Assembly (NCBI GenBank): GCA_963727445.1
Contig: CAVSGI010000009.1
Coordinates: forward strand, 448,001 to 512,000
Source: an uncultured delta proteobacterium
GTDB taxonomy: Bacteria > Myxococcota_A > Polyangia > Polyangiales > B10-G4
Direction: 5' to 3'
DNA length: 64,000 bases
The notes beneath the pieces are model-generated. The model had not been told where the DNA came from. It saw only the letters and a program-made list of their open reading frames with translations, and ran no database searches. A program made the position numbers and the translations under genes. This document shows positions 29,033-39,558 of this stretch, one piece after another. How positions within the stretch are numbered: the stretch's first letter is position 1; every line of letters begins with the position of its first letter.

Positions 29033-30924
29033 CCCTGCTCTCGCAGCGCCGCGAGGTCGGCGAGTTCAAGAAGCGCTACAAGTGGATGGCGCTGGTGGTT
29101 CTCCTCGTCTTCCTGGTGCTGGCGGGTCGCGTCGTGCAGCTCCAGACCCTCGACTACGAGCACTACGCCGACATCGCGCGCGAGAACATCACCAAGACCA
29201 TCGCCCTGCCGGCGACGCGCGGCCTCGTCACCGACACCAACGGTCGCGTGATCGCGAGCAACCGGCCCGCCTACAACGTCTACATCACGCCGCAGCTGGT
29301 GAGCCAGGAGGACGTCCAGCGGATCGCCGACCTCATGGAGCTCGACGCGGAGCAGACCAGCGAGTTCAAGCAGAAGCTCGAAGAGGTGCCGGCCCGGCGT
29401 CGCACGCATCAGATCGCGATGTTCGAGGAGATCGAGCGCGACCAGCTCGCCGCTCTCGAGACCCACGCCCAGGAGCTGCCGGGCGTCGACGTGGTCGCGG
29501 TGCCCGTGCGCGAGTATCCCTACGGCAACCTCGGCGCCCACACCGTCGGCTATCTCAACGAGGTGAGCGCCGAAGATCTCGAGCGCCTCGACGGCCAGGG
29601 CTACGGCGCCGGCGACCGCATCGGGCGCACCGGCATCGAGCGCGCCTGGGAGAGTTACCTCCGCGGTCGTGACGGCTTCCGCCGCGTGCTGGTGGACGCG
29701 CGAGGGACGGTTCGCGACGGCACGCGCGAGGAGCGTGCACGGGAGATGCGCCGCGACGCCGTGCCGGGTCGGGATCTGACCCTCACCGTCGACATGGAGC
29801 TGATGCGCATCATCGACCGCGCGTTCCGCGGCCATCCCTCCGGCGCGGTGGTGGTGGTGGACGTTCGCACCGGTCGAATCCGGGCGCTCTACTCGAAGCC
29901 CAGCTACGACCTGAACGAGATGAGCGGCCGGCTCACCGTCGAGCGCTACACCGAGCTCAGCGAGAACCCCTTCCGCCCGCTGATCGACAAGACCCTCTAC
30001 GAGAGCTACTTCCCGGGCTCGACCTTCAAGCCGGTCACGGCGATCGCCGCCCTTCAAGACGGCGTCTTCGACCCCGGCCAGCGCGTCGAGTGCCCGGGCT
30101 ACTTCGAGATCGGAAACGACCGCAAGCGCTGCACTTCGGCCCATGGCGAGGTCGACATGCGGCGCGCCATCGTTCAATCGTGCAACGTCTACTTCTGGAC
30201 GATGGCTCAGGAGGTCGGCCTCGAGCGCCTCAACCGCTTCGGCCGTGACCTCGGCTTCGGCGAACGCACCGGCGTGGGCATCAACTCCGAAGCCAGCGGG
30301 TTCCTCCCGTCCCGCGAGTGGTACACCGAGCACTTCGGTCGATTCCGCGTCGGTTACACCCTCGACGCGGCCATCGGCCAGGGCAACACCCGCTCGACCC
30401 TGGTGCAGCTCGCGATGGCCTACGCCGCCATCGCGAACGGCGGGACGCTCTACGTACCGCAGCTCATCGAGCGGGTCGGCTCGCCGAGCGGCGACACCAT
30501 CGAGGAGTTCGAACCGCGGGTGCGGCGTCGCGTGAACGTGGACCAGGAGCACCTCGCCTACGTCGTCGACGGCCTCTACGGCGTCGTCAACGACCCCAAC
30601 GGCACCGCCTATGACGCCCGCGTCGAGGGGGGCGTCCCGGTGGCCGGCAAGACCGGTACCGCGCAGGTGCAGAGGCGCCGGCCCCGCAACGGCGAGGATC
30701 CGCGGCGCGCCTGGTACTTCAACCGCGACCACGCCTGGTTCGCCGGCTTCGCCCCCGCGGGCGATCCCGAGATCGCGGTCGTGGTGCTCGTCGAGCACGG
30801 TGGTGGCGGCGGTAAGTACGCAGCGCCGATCGCCACCCAGATCATCCAGGACTACCTCGGCGCCCGCCTCACCACGGCCACCCGCGCCGGCGGCGGCCCG
30901 GTTCTCGCCCGGGGGAGCCACTGA
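29029..30924 (+). CDS. mrdA: Penicillin-binding protein 2 (transpeptidase)
   Basis: N-terminal TM. PGSTFK (SxxK), SCN (SxN), GKTGTAQ (KTG), DHAWF. Confidence 0.94.
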   Translation: MTLLSQRREVGEFKKRYKWMALVVLLVFLVLAGRVVQLQTLDYEHYADIARENITKTIALPATRGLVTDTNGRVIASNRPAYNVYITPQLVSQEDVQRIADLMELDAEQTSEFKQKLEEVPARRRTHQIAMFEEIERDQLAALETHAQELPGVDVVAVPVREYPYGNLGAHTVGYLNEVSAEDLERLDGQGYGAGDRIGRTGIERAWESYLRGRDGFRRVLVDARGTVRDGTREERAREMRRDAVPGRDLTLTVDMELMRIIDRAFRGHPSGAVVVVDVRTGRIRALYSKPSYDLNEMSGRLTVERYTELSENPFRPLIDKTLYESYFPGSTFKPVTAIAALQDGVFDPGQRVECPGYFEIGNDRKRCTSAHGEVDMRRAIVQSCNVYFWTMAQEVGLERLNRFGRDLGFGERTGVGINSEASGFLPSREWYTEHFGRFRVGYTLDAAIGQGNTRSTLVQLAMAYAAIANGGTLYVPQLIERVGSPSGDTIEEFEPRVRRRVNVDQEHLAYVVDGLYGVVNDPNGTAYDARVEGGVPVAGKTGTAQVQRRRPRNGEDPRRAWYFNRDHAWFAGFAPAGDPEIAVVVLVEHGGGGGKYAAPIATQIIQDYLGARLTTATRAGGGPVLARGSH

Positions 30925-30925
30925 C

Positions 30926-32032
30926 ATGGCCACCCTCGTTCGAGGCTTTCGCGATCAGTTCGACTGGGCGCTCTTCGTCGCGGTCGCCGCCATCGCGGTG
31001 ATCGGCATCGTCAACCTCTACAGCGCCACCAGCGCCTCGGGGGGCGCCCTCTCCGAGCTCTACATTCAGCAGATCTACTGGCTGACGCTGGGCGCGGGCG
31101 TGGCGGTGCTGGTCGCGGCCATCGACTACCGCCAATACGAGCGCACCGGGTGGATCGCCTACGGCGCGGGCGTCGTGCTGCTGGTGCTCGTCTTCCTCCT
31201 CGGCAACACCGTCCGTGGGTCCACGCGCTGGATCAACATCGGCTCGTTCACGCTCCAGCCGAGCGAGCTCATGAAGATCCTGCTGATCATCGCGCTCGCC
31301 AAGTACCTGCACAACGACCCCAAGACGGAGGGCCGCACGCTCAAGGACCTGGTGGTGCCCGGCCTGATCCTCGCCGTGCCGATGACCCTGATCCTCCTGC
31401 AGCCGGATCTGGGCACGGCGATGATCCTCGCTTTCATCTTCGGCAGCGTGATGATGCTGACCAAGCTGAAGGTGCAGTCTCTCATCACCCTCGCCGCGAC
31501 CTTCGTCCTGAGCGCGCCCCTCACCTGGACCTATCTCCTCAAGGACTACCAGCGCGAACGCCTCACCGCCTTCTTGAACCCCGAGGCGGACCTGCTGGAC
31601 TCCGGATGGCACGCACACCAGTCCCTGGTCGCCATCGGCTCCGGCGGCACCTTCGGCAAGGGCTACATGCAGGGCACGCAGAACCAGTTCCGCTTCCTGC
31701 CGGACCAGTTCTCCGACTTCCCCTTCTCGGTCTGGTCCGAGGAGCAGGGCCTGATCGGCGCCCTCACGCTGCTCGGCCTCTACTTCTTCTTGATCCTCTG
31801 GGGCCTGAAGATCGCCAGCCAGGCCAAGGACCGCTTCGGTGCAGTCGTGGCCGTCGGCGTGAGCGCGATGATCTTCTGGCACACCATCATCAACATCGGC
31901 ATGGTCACCGGCCTTCTGCCGGTCGTCGGCGTCACCCTGCCGCTCTTCAGCTACGGCGGCTCGAGCGTGCTCACCATCATGGTGGGCGTCGGCCTGTTGA
32001 TGAACGTCTCGATCCGGCGGTTCAGCTTCTGA
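30926..32032 (+). CDS. rodA: SEDS peptidoglycan glycosyltransferase RodA
   Basis: GSTRWI, QPSELMK, QPDLGT, AIGSGG, LPVVGVTLPLFSYGGSS. Confidence 0.95.
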   Translation: MATLVRGFRDQFDWALFVAVAAIAVIGIVNLYSATSASGGALSELYIQQIYWLTLGAGVAVLVAAIDYRQYERTGWIAYGAGVVLLVLVFLLGNTVRGSTRWINIGSFTLQPSELMKILLIIALAKYLHNDPKTEGRTLKDLVVPGLILAVPMTLILLQPDLGTAMILAFIFGSVMMLTKLKVQSLITLAATFVLSAPLTWTYLLKDYQRERLTAFLNPEADLLDSGWHAHQSLVAIGSGGTFGKGYMQGTQNQFRFLPDQFSDFPFSVWSEEQGLIGALTLLGLYFFLILWGLKIASQAKDRFGAVVAVGVSAMIFWHTIINIGMVTGLLPVVGVTLPLFSYGGSSVLTIMVGVGLLMNVSIRRFSF

Positions 32033-32856
32033 TGCCGGGCGAGCGCACGCGGGTCGGCGTCGTCCAGATGACGTCCAACGAGGACGTCGAGTCCAACTGC
32101 GCCGCCGCCGAGCGCATGATTCGCCGCGGCGTGGACGAGGGCGCGCGCCTCGTCGTCGTCCCCGAGTGCTTCGCCTATCTCGGCCCGGAGGAAGGCAAGC
32201 TCGAGCTCGCCGAGGCGATATCCGACGACGCGCCGGGTCCGATCCTCGGCCGCTTCCTCGAGCTCGCGAGGAAGCTCGAGGTGGAGCTGGTCCTCGGCGG
32301 GTTCTGGGAGAAGGGGCGCCGCCCTTCCCACGTGAAGAACGCCTGCGTCCACGTCGGCGACGACGGCCGGGTCGAGAAGGTCTACCGCAAGATTCACCTC
32401 TTCGACGTCGATCTCCCCGACGGGACCAAGCTCCTCGAGTCGGAGACCGTCGAGCCGGGCGAAGAGACGGTGGTCACCGACGCTTGCTTCGGCAAGCTCG
32501 GGCTCTCGGTCTGCTACGACCTGCGCTTCCCGGAGCTCTATCGGCGCCTGGTGGACGACGGCGCCATCGCTCTCGCCGTTCCTGCAGCCTTCACCCTGAC
32601 CACCGGCAAGGATCACTGGCACGTGCTCTTGCGCGCGCGCGCCATCGAGAGCCAGTGCTACGTCCTCGCCGCCGCCCAGTTCGGCCATCACTACGGGCGT
32701 CGCGTCTCCTACGGCCACGCGCTCATCGCCGACCCCTGGGGCACGGTGCTCGCGGAGTGCGGGGACGGAGAAGGCGTCGCCGTCGCGACCATCGACACCG
32801 AGGTCGTCGAGCGTGTCCGCCGCGCGGTGCCGTGCCTCACGCACCGGCGCCTCTGA
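32032..32856 (+). CDS. Carbon-nitrogen hydrolase (Nit1/YbeM-like amidase)
   Basis: PE, YRKIHLFD and CYDLRFPE (E-K-C triad), RARAIE, DPWG. TGATG overlap with rodA. Confidence 0.9.
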   Translation: MPGERTRVGVVQMTSNEDVESNCAAAERMIRRGVDEGARLVVVPECFAYLGPEEGKLELAEAISDDAPGPILGRFLELARKLEVELVLGGFWEKGRRPSHVKNACVHVGDDGRVEKVYRKIHLFDVDLPDGTKLLESETVEPGEETVVTDACFGKLGLSVCYDLRFPELYRRLVDDGAIALAVPAAFTLTTGKDHWHVLLRARAIESQCYVLAAAQFGHHYGRRVSYGHALIADPWGTVLAECGDGEGVAVATIDTEVVERVRRAVPCLTHRRL

Positions 32857-32929
32857 GCCCCTTCACATCGCGGAAAGTGGAGACGGGCGCGCTCGTTGGC
32901 GTCCGCGATCCCCTGGCCGCGAAGAATTC

Positions 32930-33457
32930 TCAGTCGATTCCGAACAGCATTCGGGCGTTTTCCAACGTCTGTTTCCGGACCTCGCTCGGCTCGCGTCCGG
33001 CGGCGCGCGCGACGGCCGCGAGCACGTGCGGCAAGTGCGACGGCTCGTTTCGCCGGTGGCGTGGTCTGGGGTCGAGATCGCGGGGCAGGAGGAAGGGTGC
33101 GTCGGTCTCGACGAAGAGGCGCTCCTTCGGGATCCGCCTCACCAATGGGACCAGGTGCTTCCCGCGCCGTTCGTCGCAGATCCACCCGGTGATTCCGATG
33201 TGCATGTCGAGGGCGAGGTAGGCGACGGCGAGCTCGAGCTGCGCGGCGAAGACCCGCCGCTGGACGTCTCGTGGGGAGAAATCGCGGTCGTAGTCCAACC
33301 CGCACTCACCGATGGCGACGACCTCGGGCGTCTCCGACAAGCGGCTGAGCAGCGCGAGGGTGTCGTCGTCGAAGCGCTTCGCATTGTGGGGATGAACGCC
33401 GGCGGTGCTGAAGAGAGCTCCCCCAACACCTCTTCGGGTTTTCGGCACGGTGGGCAT
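32930..33457 (-). pseudogene. tatD: tatD remnant lacking the N-terminus and an internal ~40-codon segment
   Basis: Has STAGVHPH, AIGECGLDY, IGITGWICDERRG, ETDAPF, RNEP. 'QLELAV' joins directly to 'AYLALDMHIG', so the HxRxA and HCF metal-ligand motifs are absent. The first ~55 aa are missing. Confidence 0.8.
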
Positions 33458-33576
33458 GGGACCGAAGCGTGTCGACCCAGGCTGAAGCCGCTCATTCTAG
33501 ACTTAATTGAGGCCGGGGCCGTCTGTGAGGCACGTTACATTCGTGCTAAGGTGCCGCCGGCTTTTCCCGGGGGGCC

Positions 33577-34170
33577 GTGATGGACCTGACGATTCGCAAA
33601 CTCACCCGCGAGCTCGCCCTGATGGGCGAGGACGCTTTTCGACGGCGCTATGCCGTCCCCGCGATCCTCTATGACGGGTCGATGGATGCCGAGGAAGGAG
33701 CCGCCCGTGCGTACGTCACGTCATCGGTGGACATCCGAAGCGTCGTCGACGTCCGCCACGACCGCAAGACCCTCCCGCCCGGTTCCGAGGAGGACTCGGC
33801 CCTTCAGACGATGGAGTCTCGGGTCTTCCTGGTGAAGAAGCGCGCCGGTGGCGCATTCGCCGATCGCGTCGGGATCGGGCGCGCGGCCAACGCGGACGTG
33901 AGCGTGCCCCTCGCCACCGTCTCGAAGTACCACGCGTACTTCACGGTTCCGGAGGATCTCTCCGCCAGCTATCGGATCACCGACGCGGGCTCGACGAACG
34001 GGACCTTCGTCGACGGTCGGCGCCTTCCCGACAAGCAAGCGGTAGCCGTGCAGACGGGAACCCAGATCCTCCTGGGCCCGCACCGCTTCGTCTTCTTCAC
34101 CGCCGCCGCTCTCTTCGAGCGGGTGCGAAGCGCCGCGCTGAGCCGGCGCTCCCGGCGGGCCCACGCCTGA
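33577..34170 (+). CDS. FHA-domain protein
   Basis: IGR, VSKYHA, DAGSTNGTFVDG motifs. Confidence 0.88.
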   Translation: MMDLTIRKLTRELALMGEDAFRRRYAVPAILYDGSMDAEEGAARAYVTSSVDIRSVVDVRHDRKTLPPGSEEDSALQTMESRVFLVKKRAGGAFADRVGIGRAANADVSVPLATVSKYHAYFTVPEDLSASYRITDAGSTNGTFVDGRRLPDKQAVAVQTGTQILLGPHRFVFFTAAALFERVRSAALSRRSRRAHA

Positions 34171-34173
34171 CGA

Positions 34174-36747
34174 TCAGAAGGTCGGAGCCTCGGTCGGGGT
34201 CGCGGACAAGCCCGCTTTCTCGAGGCTCGCGTCAGGCAGCGGCACCACGGCCGAGTCGATGTTGCGCTCGTTGTCGACGAAGCGCACGTCCTGTGTGAGG
34301 CGATCGAGGTCGTAGCTCGGATCCCCCTGCACGTTCACGCCGATCGGGTTGTTGGCGATGGTGCCGCGCACGAGATCGGCCGAGCCCATGTTGGTGATCT
34401 GGACGCCGGCGAGGGCGTTGCCGCGGATCTCGAAGTCGGTGAGCTCGATGGATCCGCCGGATGCCGTGGCGCCAAAGCCCGCGCCACCCGCGCAGGTCCC
34501 GGCTTCGCTGCAGCTGTTCGGCAGCGTGTTCTCGATGATCAGGTCTCGCGCCACGATTCGCGAGCCAGCGGCCTGAGACATGATGGACGCCTCGCGGTTG
34601 CCGAAGAGTCGCGCCCCCTCGAGCTCGACGAGGCCGCCCTCGACCGCCGCCACTGCCCAGCCGAGCGTCCCGCGCGCGGTGTTGCTTTGCGTCCCCCGAA
34701 CCTCGAGGCCGCGCGCGATGACGTGCGCGCCGTCGAACGCGGAGATGCCCGCGCCGAACACGCCCTCAGCGAGCGTGTCCTGCAGAGTGATCATCGCGGT
34801 CCCCGTCGCGGTCAGCCCGTAGCCGAAATGGCCCGAGTCGTCCTCGGTCGGCGAGACGATCCGGAGGTCAGTCATCTCCAAGGTGCCTCCGAAACAGAAC
34901 ACCGCCTGATGCGCGGCGTTCGAGATACTGACGCGCTCGAGGGTGATGAGCCCTCCGTCCTCGATCTGGACGCCAGCGCCGTAGTGCACGCCCTCTTCCT
35001 CGAGGAATCGCTGGGTGACGTCCTCCAGGACGACGTCGTCCAGATCGACGCTCGCGCCGCCCATGCCCACCAGAATCCCGATCTCGCTGATCTGGGTCAG
35101 CTTCACTCGCGCTCCGGAGACCGATGCGGCGTCCCGCGAGATCACCCCGAAGCCCGCGCCGCCGAGTGTGCCGGTTCGGGACACCGTGACATCCTCGACG
35201 CTGACGCTGGTACCGGAGCCGTTGGCGAAGATCCCGTACAGGGCGAGGTCTTCGAGGCGGACCCGGCGAAGGACCGCCATCGCGCCCTCTACCACGCCGA
35301 CGCCCGTTCCCATTTCGCCGTCGCTCTCGCGCACACCGACGTTCGACACGACGACGTCTTCGAAGACGAGCTCGGAGCCCTCGGTTTTGGCGCTGATCGC
35401 CACCGTGTGAGTGTCCCGGACCACTCCGCGGCGCACCTCGAGGTGTGCGCCTCGCTCGGTGGCGATGCCGACGCCGAGGTCCCCGAAGGGGTCGGGCGCG
35501 ACGGTGGAGATCACCACGTCTTCACCGACGAAGCTGGCCCCCGAGATCGTGAGCAGGCCCGTGAAGCTGGACTCCGCGACGAGCAGGCCGTGTGCCTCGA
35601 CGCTCGCGCCGATCTCGACGCTCATCCCGGTGCCCGACTCTGCGCCGGCTCGGCGTTCTGAGGGCGTGGTACGGCGAATGACGACGTCTTCGAGCGTCCC
35701 GGTGGTTCCATCGCCGGTGAAGAACACGCCGATCTCTCGGCTGTCTTCGAAGACCGAGCGTGCGGCCGACACCGTCGATCCATCGACGACGTTCAGCGCA
35801 CGGCCGTGGGCGCCATCGCTCTGTTGCGCGCGCGTGCCGCGCACCGTGACACCATCGAGGGTGAGCTCGGTGCCCGCTGCGGCGAAGATGGAGAAGTCCG
35901 TGTTGTCCTCGACGAGCGCGCGCGTGATCGTGGCGGTCGAGGCCTCCACGTCGATGCCACGGCCGAAGGCGCCGCGCGGGGCGGCGGGCCGCGTCCCGCG
36001 GACGATCAATCCGTCCGCGACCAGCTCCGCTCCGAGGAGCGCGCGGATCCCGAAGTCGGCGTTGCCATCGAGGCGTACGTTCTCGAGGCGAATGCCGGTG
36101 CCGCGGTTCAGGGCGATGCCCGAGCCCCCACCCCCGAGGGTGACGTTCTTGGCGACCACCCCCGTGCCCGCGGCGCTCAGGGTGGCCGCGGCCGCAAACG
36201 ACGGGGCGACGAGGGTGCCCGCCACGCATGCTCCCACCAGGGTCACCCCTCTGCGGAGCGACAGCGCTTCGTCGTAGGTTCCCGCGGCGACCGCGATCAC
36301 GTCACCCGCGCCCGCCCGGCTCGCGGCCGCGCCGATGGTGGCGTACGGAGCGGCGCGGGTCCCATCGCCGCCTGCCGGCGCATCCGCCCAAACGTAGTAG
36401 ATGGTGCCCGTCGAAGGGAGATCACTCGCCCACTGTCCCGCACCCGGACACGCGGGGCCCAGGCGCTCACACACATCGCTCCCCGGCACCTGGATCTCGT
36501 CGGGCGCGCAGTCGAGCGGGCCCTCGGGCCAGGGGTCGCAGACGCCGTCGGTCGTCGTCGTGAAGCCTTCGGGGCAGCTGCGCGAAGGGGACGCTGCATC
36601 CGCCGCCGGGGCGGGTGGAGCGATGACGATGCCGGCGTCAGCGCCGCCGTCGGGCACGGCGCTGTCCGGCGTGGTCATCGTCCCGTCGTCGCCGCAGGCG
36701 GCGCAGGTGAGCGCGAGAAGCATCGCCGCCGAAATGCGAATCCCCAC
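34174..36747 (-). CDS. Right-handed beta-helix repeat lipoprotein, paralog 3
   Basis: Lipobox CAAC-GDD. N- and C-terminal blocks are nearly identical to 4977..7502. Start is GTG 36747 or ATG 36723; the 1396-aa ORF extension is spurious. Confidence 0.75.
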   Translation of the reverse strand: MGIRISAAMLLALTCAACGDDGTMTTPDSAVPDGGADAGIVIAPPAPAADAASPSRSCPEGFTTTTDGVCDPWPEGPLDCAPDEIQVPGSDVCERLGPACPGAGQWASDLPSTGTIYYVWADAPAGGDGTRAAPYATIGAAASRAGAGDVIAVAAGTYDEALSLRRGVTLVGACVAGTLVAPSFAAAATLSAAGTGVVAKNVTLGGGGSGIALNRGTGIRLENVRLDGNADFGIRALLGAELVADGLIVRGTRPAAPRGAFGRGIDVEASTATITRALVEDNTDFSIFAAAGTELTLDGVTVRGTRAQQSDGAHGRALNVVDGSTVSAARSVFEDSREIGVFFTGDGTTGTLEDVVIRRTTPSERRAGAESGTGMSVEIGASVEAHGLLVAESSFTGLLTISGASFVGEDVVISTVAPDPFGDLGVGIATERGAHLEVRRGVVRDTHTVAISAKTEGSELVFEDVVVSNVGVRESDGEMGTGVGVVEGAMAVLRRVRLEDLALYGIFANGSGTSVSVEDVTVSRTGTLGGAGFGVISRDAASVSGARVKLTQISEIGILVGMGGASVDLDDVVLEDVTQRFLEEEGVHYGAGVQIEDGGLITLERVSISNAAHQAVFCFGGTLEMTDLRIVSPTEDDSGHFGYGLTATGTAMITLQDTLAEGVFGAGISAFDGAHVIARGLEVRGTQSNTARGTLGWAVAAVEGGLVELEGARLFGNREASIMSQAAGSRIVARDLIIENTLPNSCSEAGTCAGGAGFGATASGGSIELTDFEIRGNALAGVQITNMGSADLVRGTIANNPIGVNVQGDPSYDLDRLTQDVRFVDNERNIDSAVVPLPDASLEKAGLSATPTEAPTF

Positions 36748-36806
36748 GATCGACGAGCTTGGGATGGATCGCGGAGCTTGGCCAGCCGTTTGGCCGAGAG
36801 GACGGG

Positions 36807-39053
36807 TCAGCGCACCAGCGTCAGGTGGGGTACGGGCGCGTAGGCTCCGAGATAACCGCTCTCTTCGGCCACGTAGACCCAGCCGCGCTCGTCCACGCGG
36901 ATCAGATCCGGCACCAGCGGGCAGGGCAGGGCGGCACCGAGCGCGGCGCCATCGGAGGGGCGCAGGATGTGCACCGATGCCGCCGGGACGAAGAGCGCGC
37001 CCCCGCGGAGCACCGGCTCGAGGCGGCGCGGAACGTCGTCGGCGACCGGATCGGAGAGGAGCGCTTCCCAGCGCATGCCCCCATCGTCGAGATCGATGGC
37101 GCAGATCCGACCCGACGGCGTGTTCACGATCAGCGTGGCGTCGACGGCAAGGCAGGCGCCGCCGGCGCCGACGCCCGGATCCTCGATCATCCAACCGAGG
37201 CCTCCGCTGGTGGTGTCGACGCAGGCGAGCGAGCTCTGGCTCTTGGTACCGATGGCGATGGTCGCCCGGCGTCCGAAGGCGGTGGGCGCCGCCGTGGGCG
37301 CGGCTGGGAGAGCGACGCGGAAAAGGCGCTCGCCGCTGAAGAGATCGAGCGCGACGAGCGCGCCGGCGCGCCCGTTGGGATCGCCCGCGACGGCGATCAC
37401 CGTGTCGCCGACCACGGTGGGCGCGAAGCAGAGTCGCGAGCCCTCGGAGTGACGCCAGACCACCTGACCGGAGACCGCGTCGACGGCGTCGAGGGTTCCG
37501 TCGCCCGCGGTGGTGAGCACCAGCCGCCCGGCGCGCCGCAGGCGCAGCGGGCCCGAGCCCTTCGCCGCGTAGCCGAAGCGGTGCTCGCCGTTGCGGAGGT
37601 CGACGGCGACCAGGCGCCCCGGGCCATCGGGGAGGAAGACCGATGGCGGCACCGGTCCGCCGCCCACGAAGAGCGCGTTCGGTGGCATGCCGGACGGAGG
37701 CGTGATCCGCGTCGTCGCGAAGGCTTCGCCATCGGTGACGTCGCAGAGCTCGACCTGACCCTCGGTAGAGAGGCGCACCAGGTGCTGCCCCGCCATGAAG
37801 GAGCGACCGCCGAGGCCTTCGCGCACCCAGAGCACTTCGCCGTCGTCGCGACTGACGGCGACGGCGCGGCTGGGGGTGGCCACGACGAGTCGATCGCCGC
37901 AGAAGAAGGTCGAGGTCGCGTCGAGGCCGTCCATCTCGGCGGTCCATCGCTCGGCGAAGCGGAGCTTGCCGACGGGCGTGGGCTCGCGGCGAGGCGCGGG
38001 GGAGGGAACGTCCTCCCGCGGCATCTGCGCCCGCGCATCTGCACGGAGGCGCTCCGCGTCCACGTTGACGAAGCCGTCGTCGCGCTGCCTCGCGCGGATG
38101 CGACGGCGCAGGCTGCGCACCTCTTCGCGAAGGCTGCGCACTTTGAGGTTGCGCGCCTGCCCACGATCGCAGGCGATCATGGCGCGGATCACGTCCGACG
38201 CGAGACGGAGGATGGGGAGCGAGGCCTGTCCCACGTCCAGGGCGGGCAGCGTCACGGTTTCGGCGCCGCGAAGCAGGGTCAGGGTCACGTCCTCGGCGAG
38301 GCGCACGCCGATGGTGAAGCCGCCCGCGACCAGGCGGACGTTCGCGGGGCGGTCGCTCTCCCAAGCGTCGACCAGCGATCGCACCGCGGCGACCATCCGG
38401 CTGATCGCCGGCATGATCGGACCTCGCGCGAGCACGTGACGGTGGCCGCGTGCCCAGACCCAGAGCTCGCCCGGGAAGAGGAGCGCGTGCACGTCGGCGC
38501 GCGAGGCGCTCTCGGAGCCGGCGACCCGGCCGGGGGTGATCAGCGCGCGAAAGCCGAAGCTCAGCGGCACGTCCTCGGGCGGTTCGACGATGGCGCCACC
38601 TTCGCGCGACACCGGCCTGGCCGGTCGGCTCCCCAGGCGCGAGATGGGTGAGGTCGAGGCGCGGTCGGCGAGTCGCTCGAGCACCTGGCCTCCCGACCCG
38701 CCGCGCGTGGCGGCCTCGTGTCGCAGCTCCTCGGCCGCTTCGTCCAAGAGGGTCCGAAGCGATACCGGTCGGTCGAGCACCAGGACGTCGGGCACCGGGC
38801 CGGTCTCGTAGAGACTGACGAGGGCTTCATCGCGGCGGCGGACCAGCGCGACTTCGAGGGGCGCGCCCACGAGCGGCAGCAGGACCTTGTCGGAGCGCCC
38901 GGCGGCGAGACCGACCAGCGCGCCGACGAGATCGGGAAGAGGTGGTGTCTCCTCTTCGTCGACCTCCGCTCCGTAGAGCACTCGCGCGAGCGGGGAAAAG
39001 ATCCGGGGTGCTGGTGTTCCCGGGAGGGTGGCTGTGAGCTTTTCGAGTTCCAT
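36807..39053 (-). CDS. Protein with C-terminal PQQ-like (BamB-like) beta-propeller, no signal peptide
   Basis: Repeated AxDxxxGxxxW/F blades (AVSRDDGEVLW, AVDLRNGEHRF, AVDAVSGQVVW, ALDLFSGERLF, AIDLDDGGMRW). Confidence 0.75.
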   Translation of the reverse strand: MELEKLTATLPGTPAPRIFSPLARVLYGAEVDEEETPPLPDLVGALVGLAAGRSDKVLLPLVGAPLEVALVRRRDEALVSLYETGPVPDVLVLDRPVSLRTLLDEAAEELRHEAATRGGSGGQVLERLADRASTSPISRLGSRPARPVSREGGAIVEPPEDVPLSFGFRALITPGRVAGSESASRADVHALLFPGELWVWARGHRHVLARGPIMPAISRMVAAVRSLVDAWESDRPANVRLVAGGFTIGVRLAEDVTLTLLRGAETVTLPALDVGQASLPILRLASDVIRAMIACDRGQARNLKVRSLREEVRSLRRRIRARQRDDGFVNVDAERLRADARAQMPREDVPSPAPRREPTPVGKLRFAERWTAEMDGLDATSTFFCGDRLVVATPSRAVAVSRDDGEVLWVREGLGGRSFMAGQHLVRLSTEGQVELCDVTDGEAFATTRITPPSGMPPNALFVGGGPVPPSVFLPDGPGRLVAVDLRNGEHRFGYAAKGSGPLRLRRAGRLVLTTAGDGTLDAVDAVSGQVVWRHSEGSRLCFAPTVVGDTVIAVAGDPNGRAGALVALDLFSGERLFRVALPAAPTAAPTAFGRRATIAIGTKSQSSLACVDTTSGGLGWMIEDPGVGAGGACLAVDATLIVNTPSGRICAIDLDDGGMRWEALLSDPVADDVPRRLEPVLRGGALFVPAASVHILRPSDGAALGAALPCPLVPDLIRVDERGWVYVAEESGYLGAYAPVPHLTLVR

Positions 39054-39136
39054 CGAGGGCGTGCCGTGCTCTGGCGTGGATCGAAATGTTAGGTTCCTCG
39101 CCACCACCCCGAAAAAAAACGGATCGAGATCGCAGG

Positions 39137-39553
39137 ATGTTGACAGGGGAGCATGCGTTCGTGGCGGCCGTAGTCGTCGTGATCTTCCGAGAAGATCGGG
39201 TGTTGGCGATGCGCCGCGCGCCGACCAAGGACGCTGGGGCCGGGCTTTGGGAGTGCGTCTCCGGGCGCGTGAATCCCGACGAGGATCCGCGCGCGGCGGC
39301 TGCTCGCGAGGCGCGCGAAGAGACAGGCCTCGAGGTGGAGATCGCGGCGCGGCCGATCGACGCCTACACCGCGCGCCGCAAGGGGGAGCCGATGCTCGTC
39401 GTCTGCTATCGAGCGGACGCGAAGAGCGACGAGGTGCGCGCGAACGACGAGCACGATGCGTGGGAGTGGCTCACGCCCTCCGAGTTCGCCGAGCGCACCA
39501 CGCTCGCGCGGCTCGCAGAGGCCGTCGCGCGGGCGAGCGGCGTACACGACTGA
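39137..39553 (+). CDS. NUDIX hydrolase (MutT-like)
   Basis: GRVNPDEDPRAAAAREAREETGL Nudix box and EH..W.W. Confidence 0.88.
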   Translation: MLTGEHAFVAAVVVVIFREDRVLAMRRAPTKDAGAGLWECVSGRVNPDEDPRAAAAREAREETGLEVEIAARPIDAYTARRKGEPMLVVCYRADAKSDEVRANDEHDAWEWLTPSEFAERTTLARLAEAVARASGVHD

Positions 39554-39558
39554 TCTGC

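Noticed and set aside
33530..33550. GGCACG...TGCT upstream of the FHA gene as a sigma-54 promoter
   Set aside because: The GG-to-GC spacing is not 10 nt. It is better read as a short palindrome or extended -10.
36748..38364. N-terminal 540 aa of the 1396-aa ORF 34174..38364
   Set aside because: Arg/Pro-rich off-frame read of the PQQ-propeller gene. The real protein starts at the lipoprotein signal near 36747/36723.
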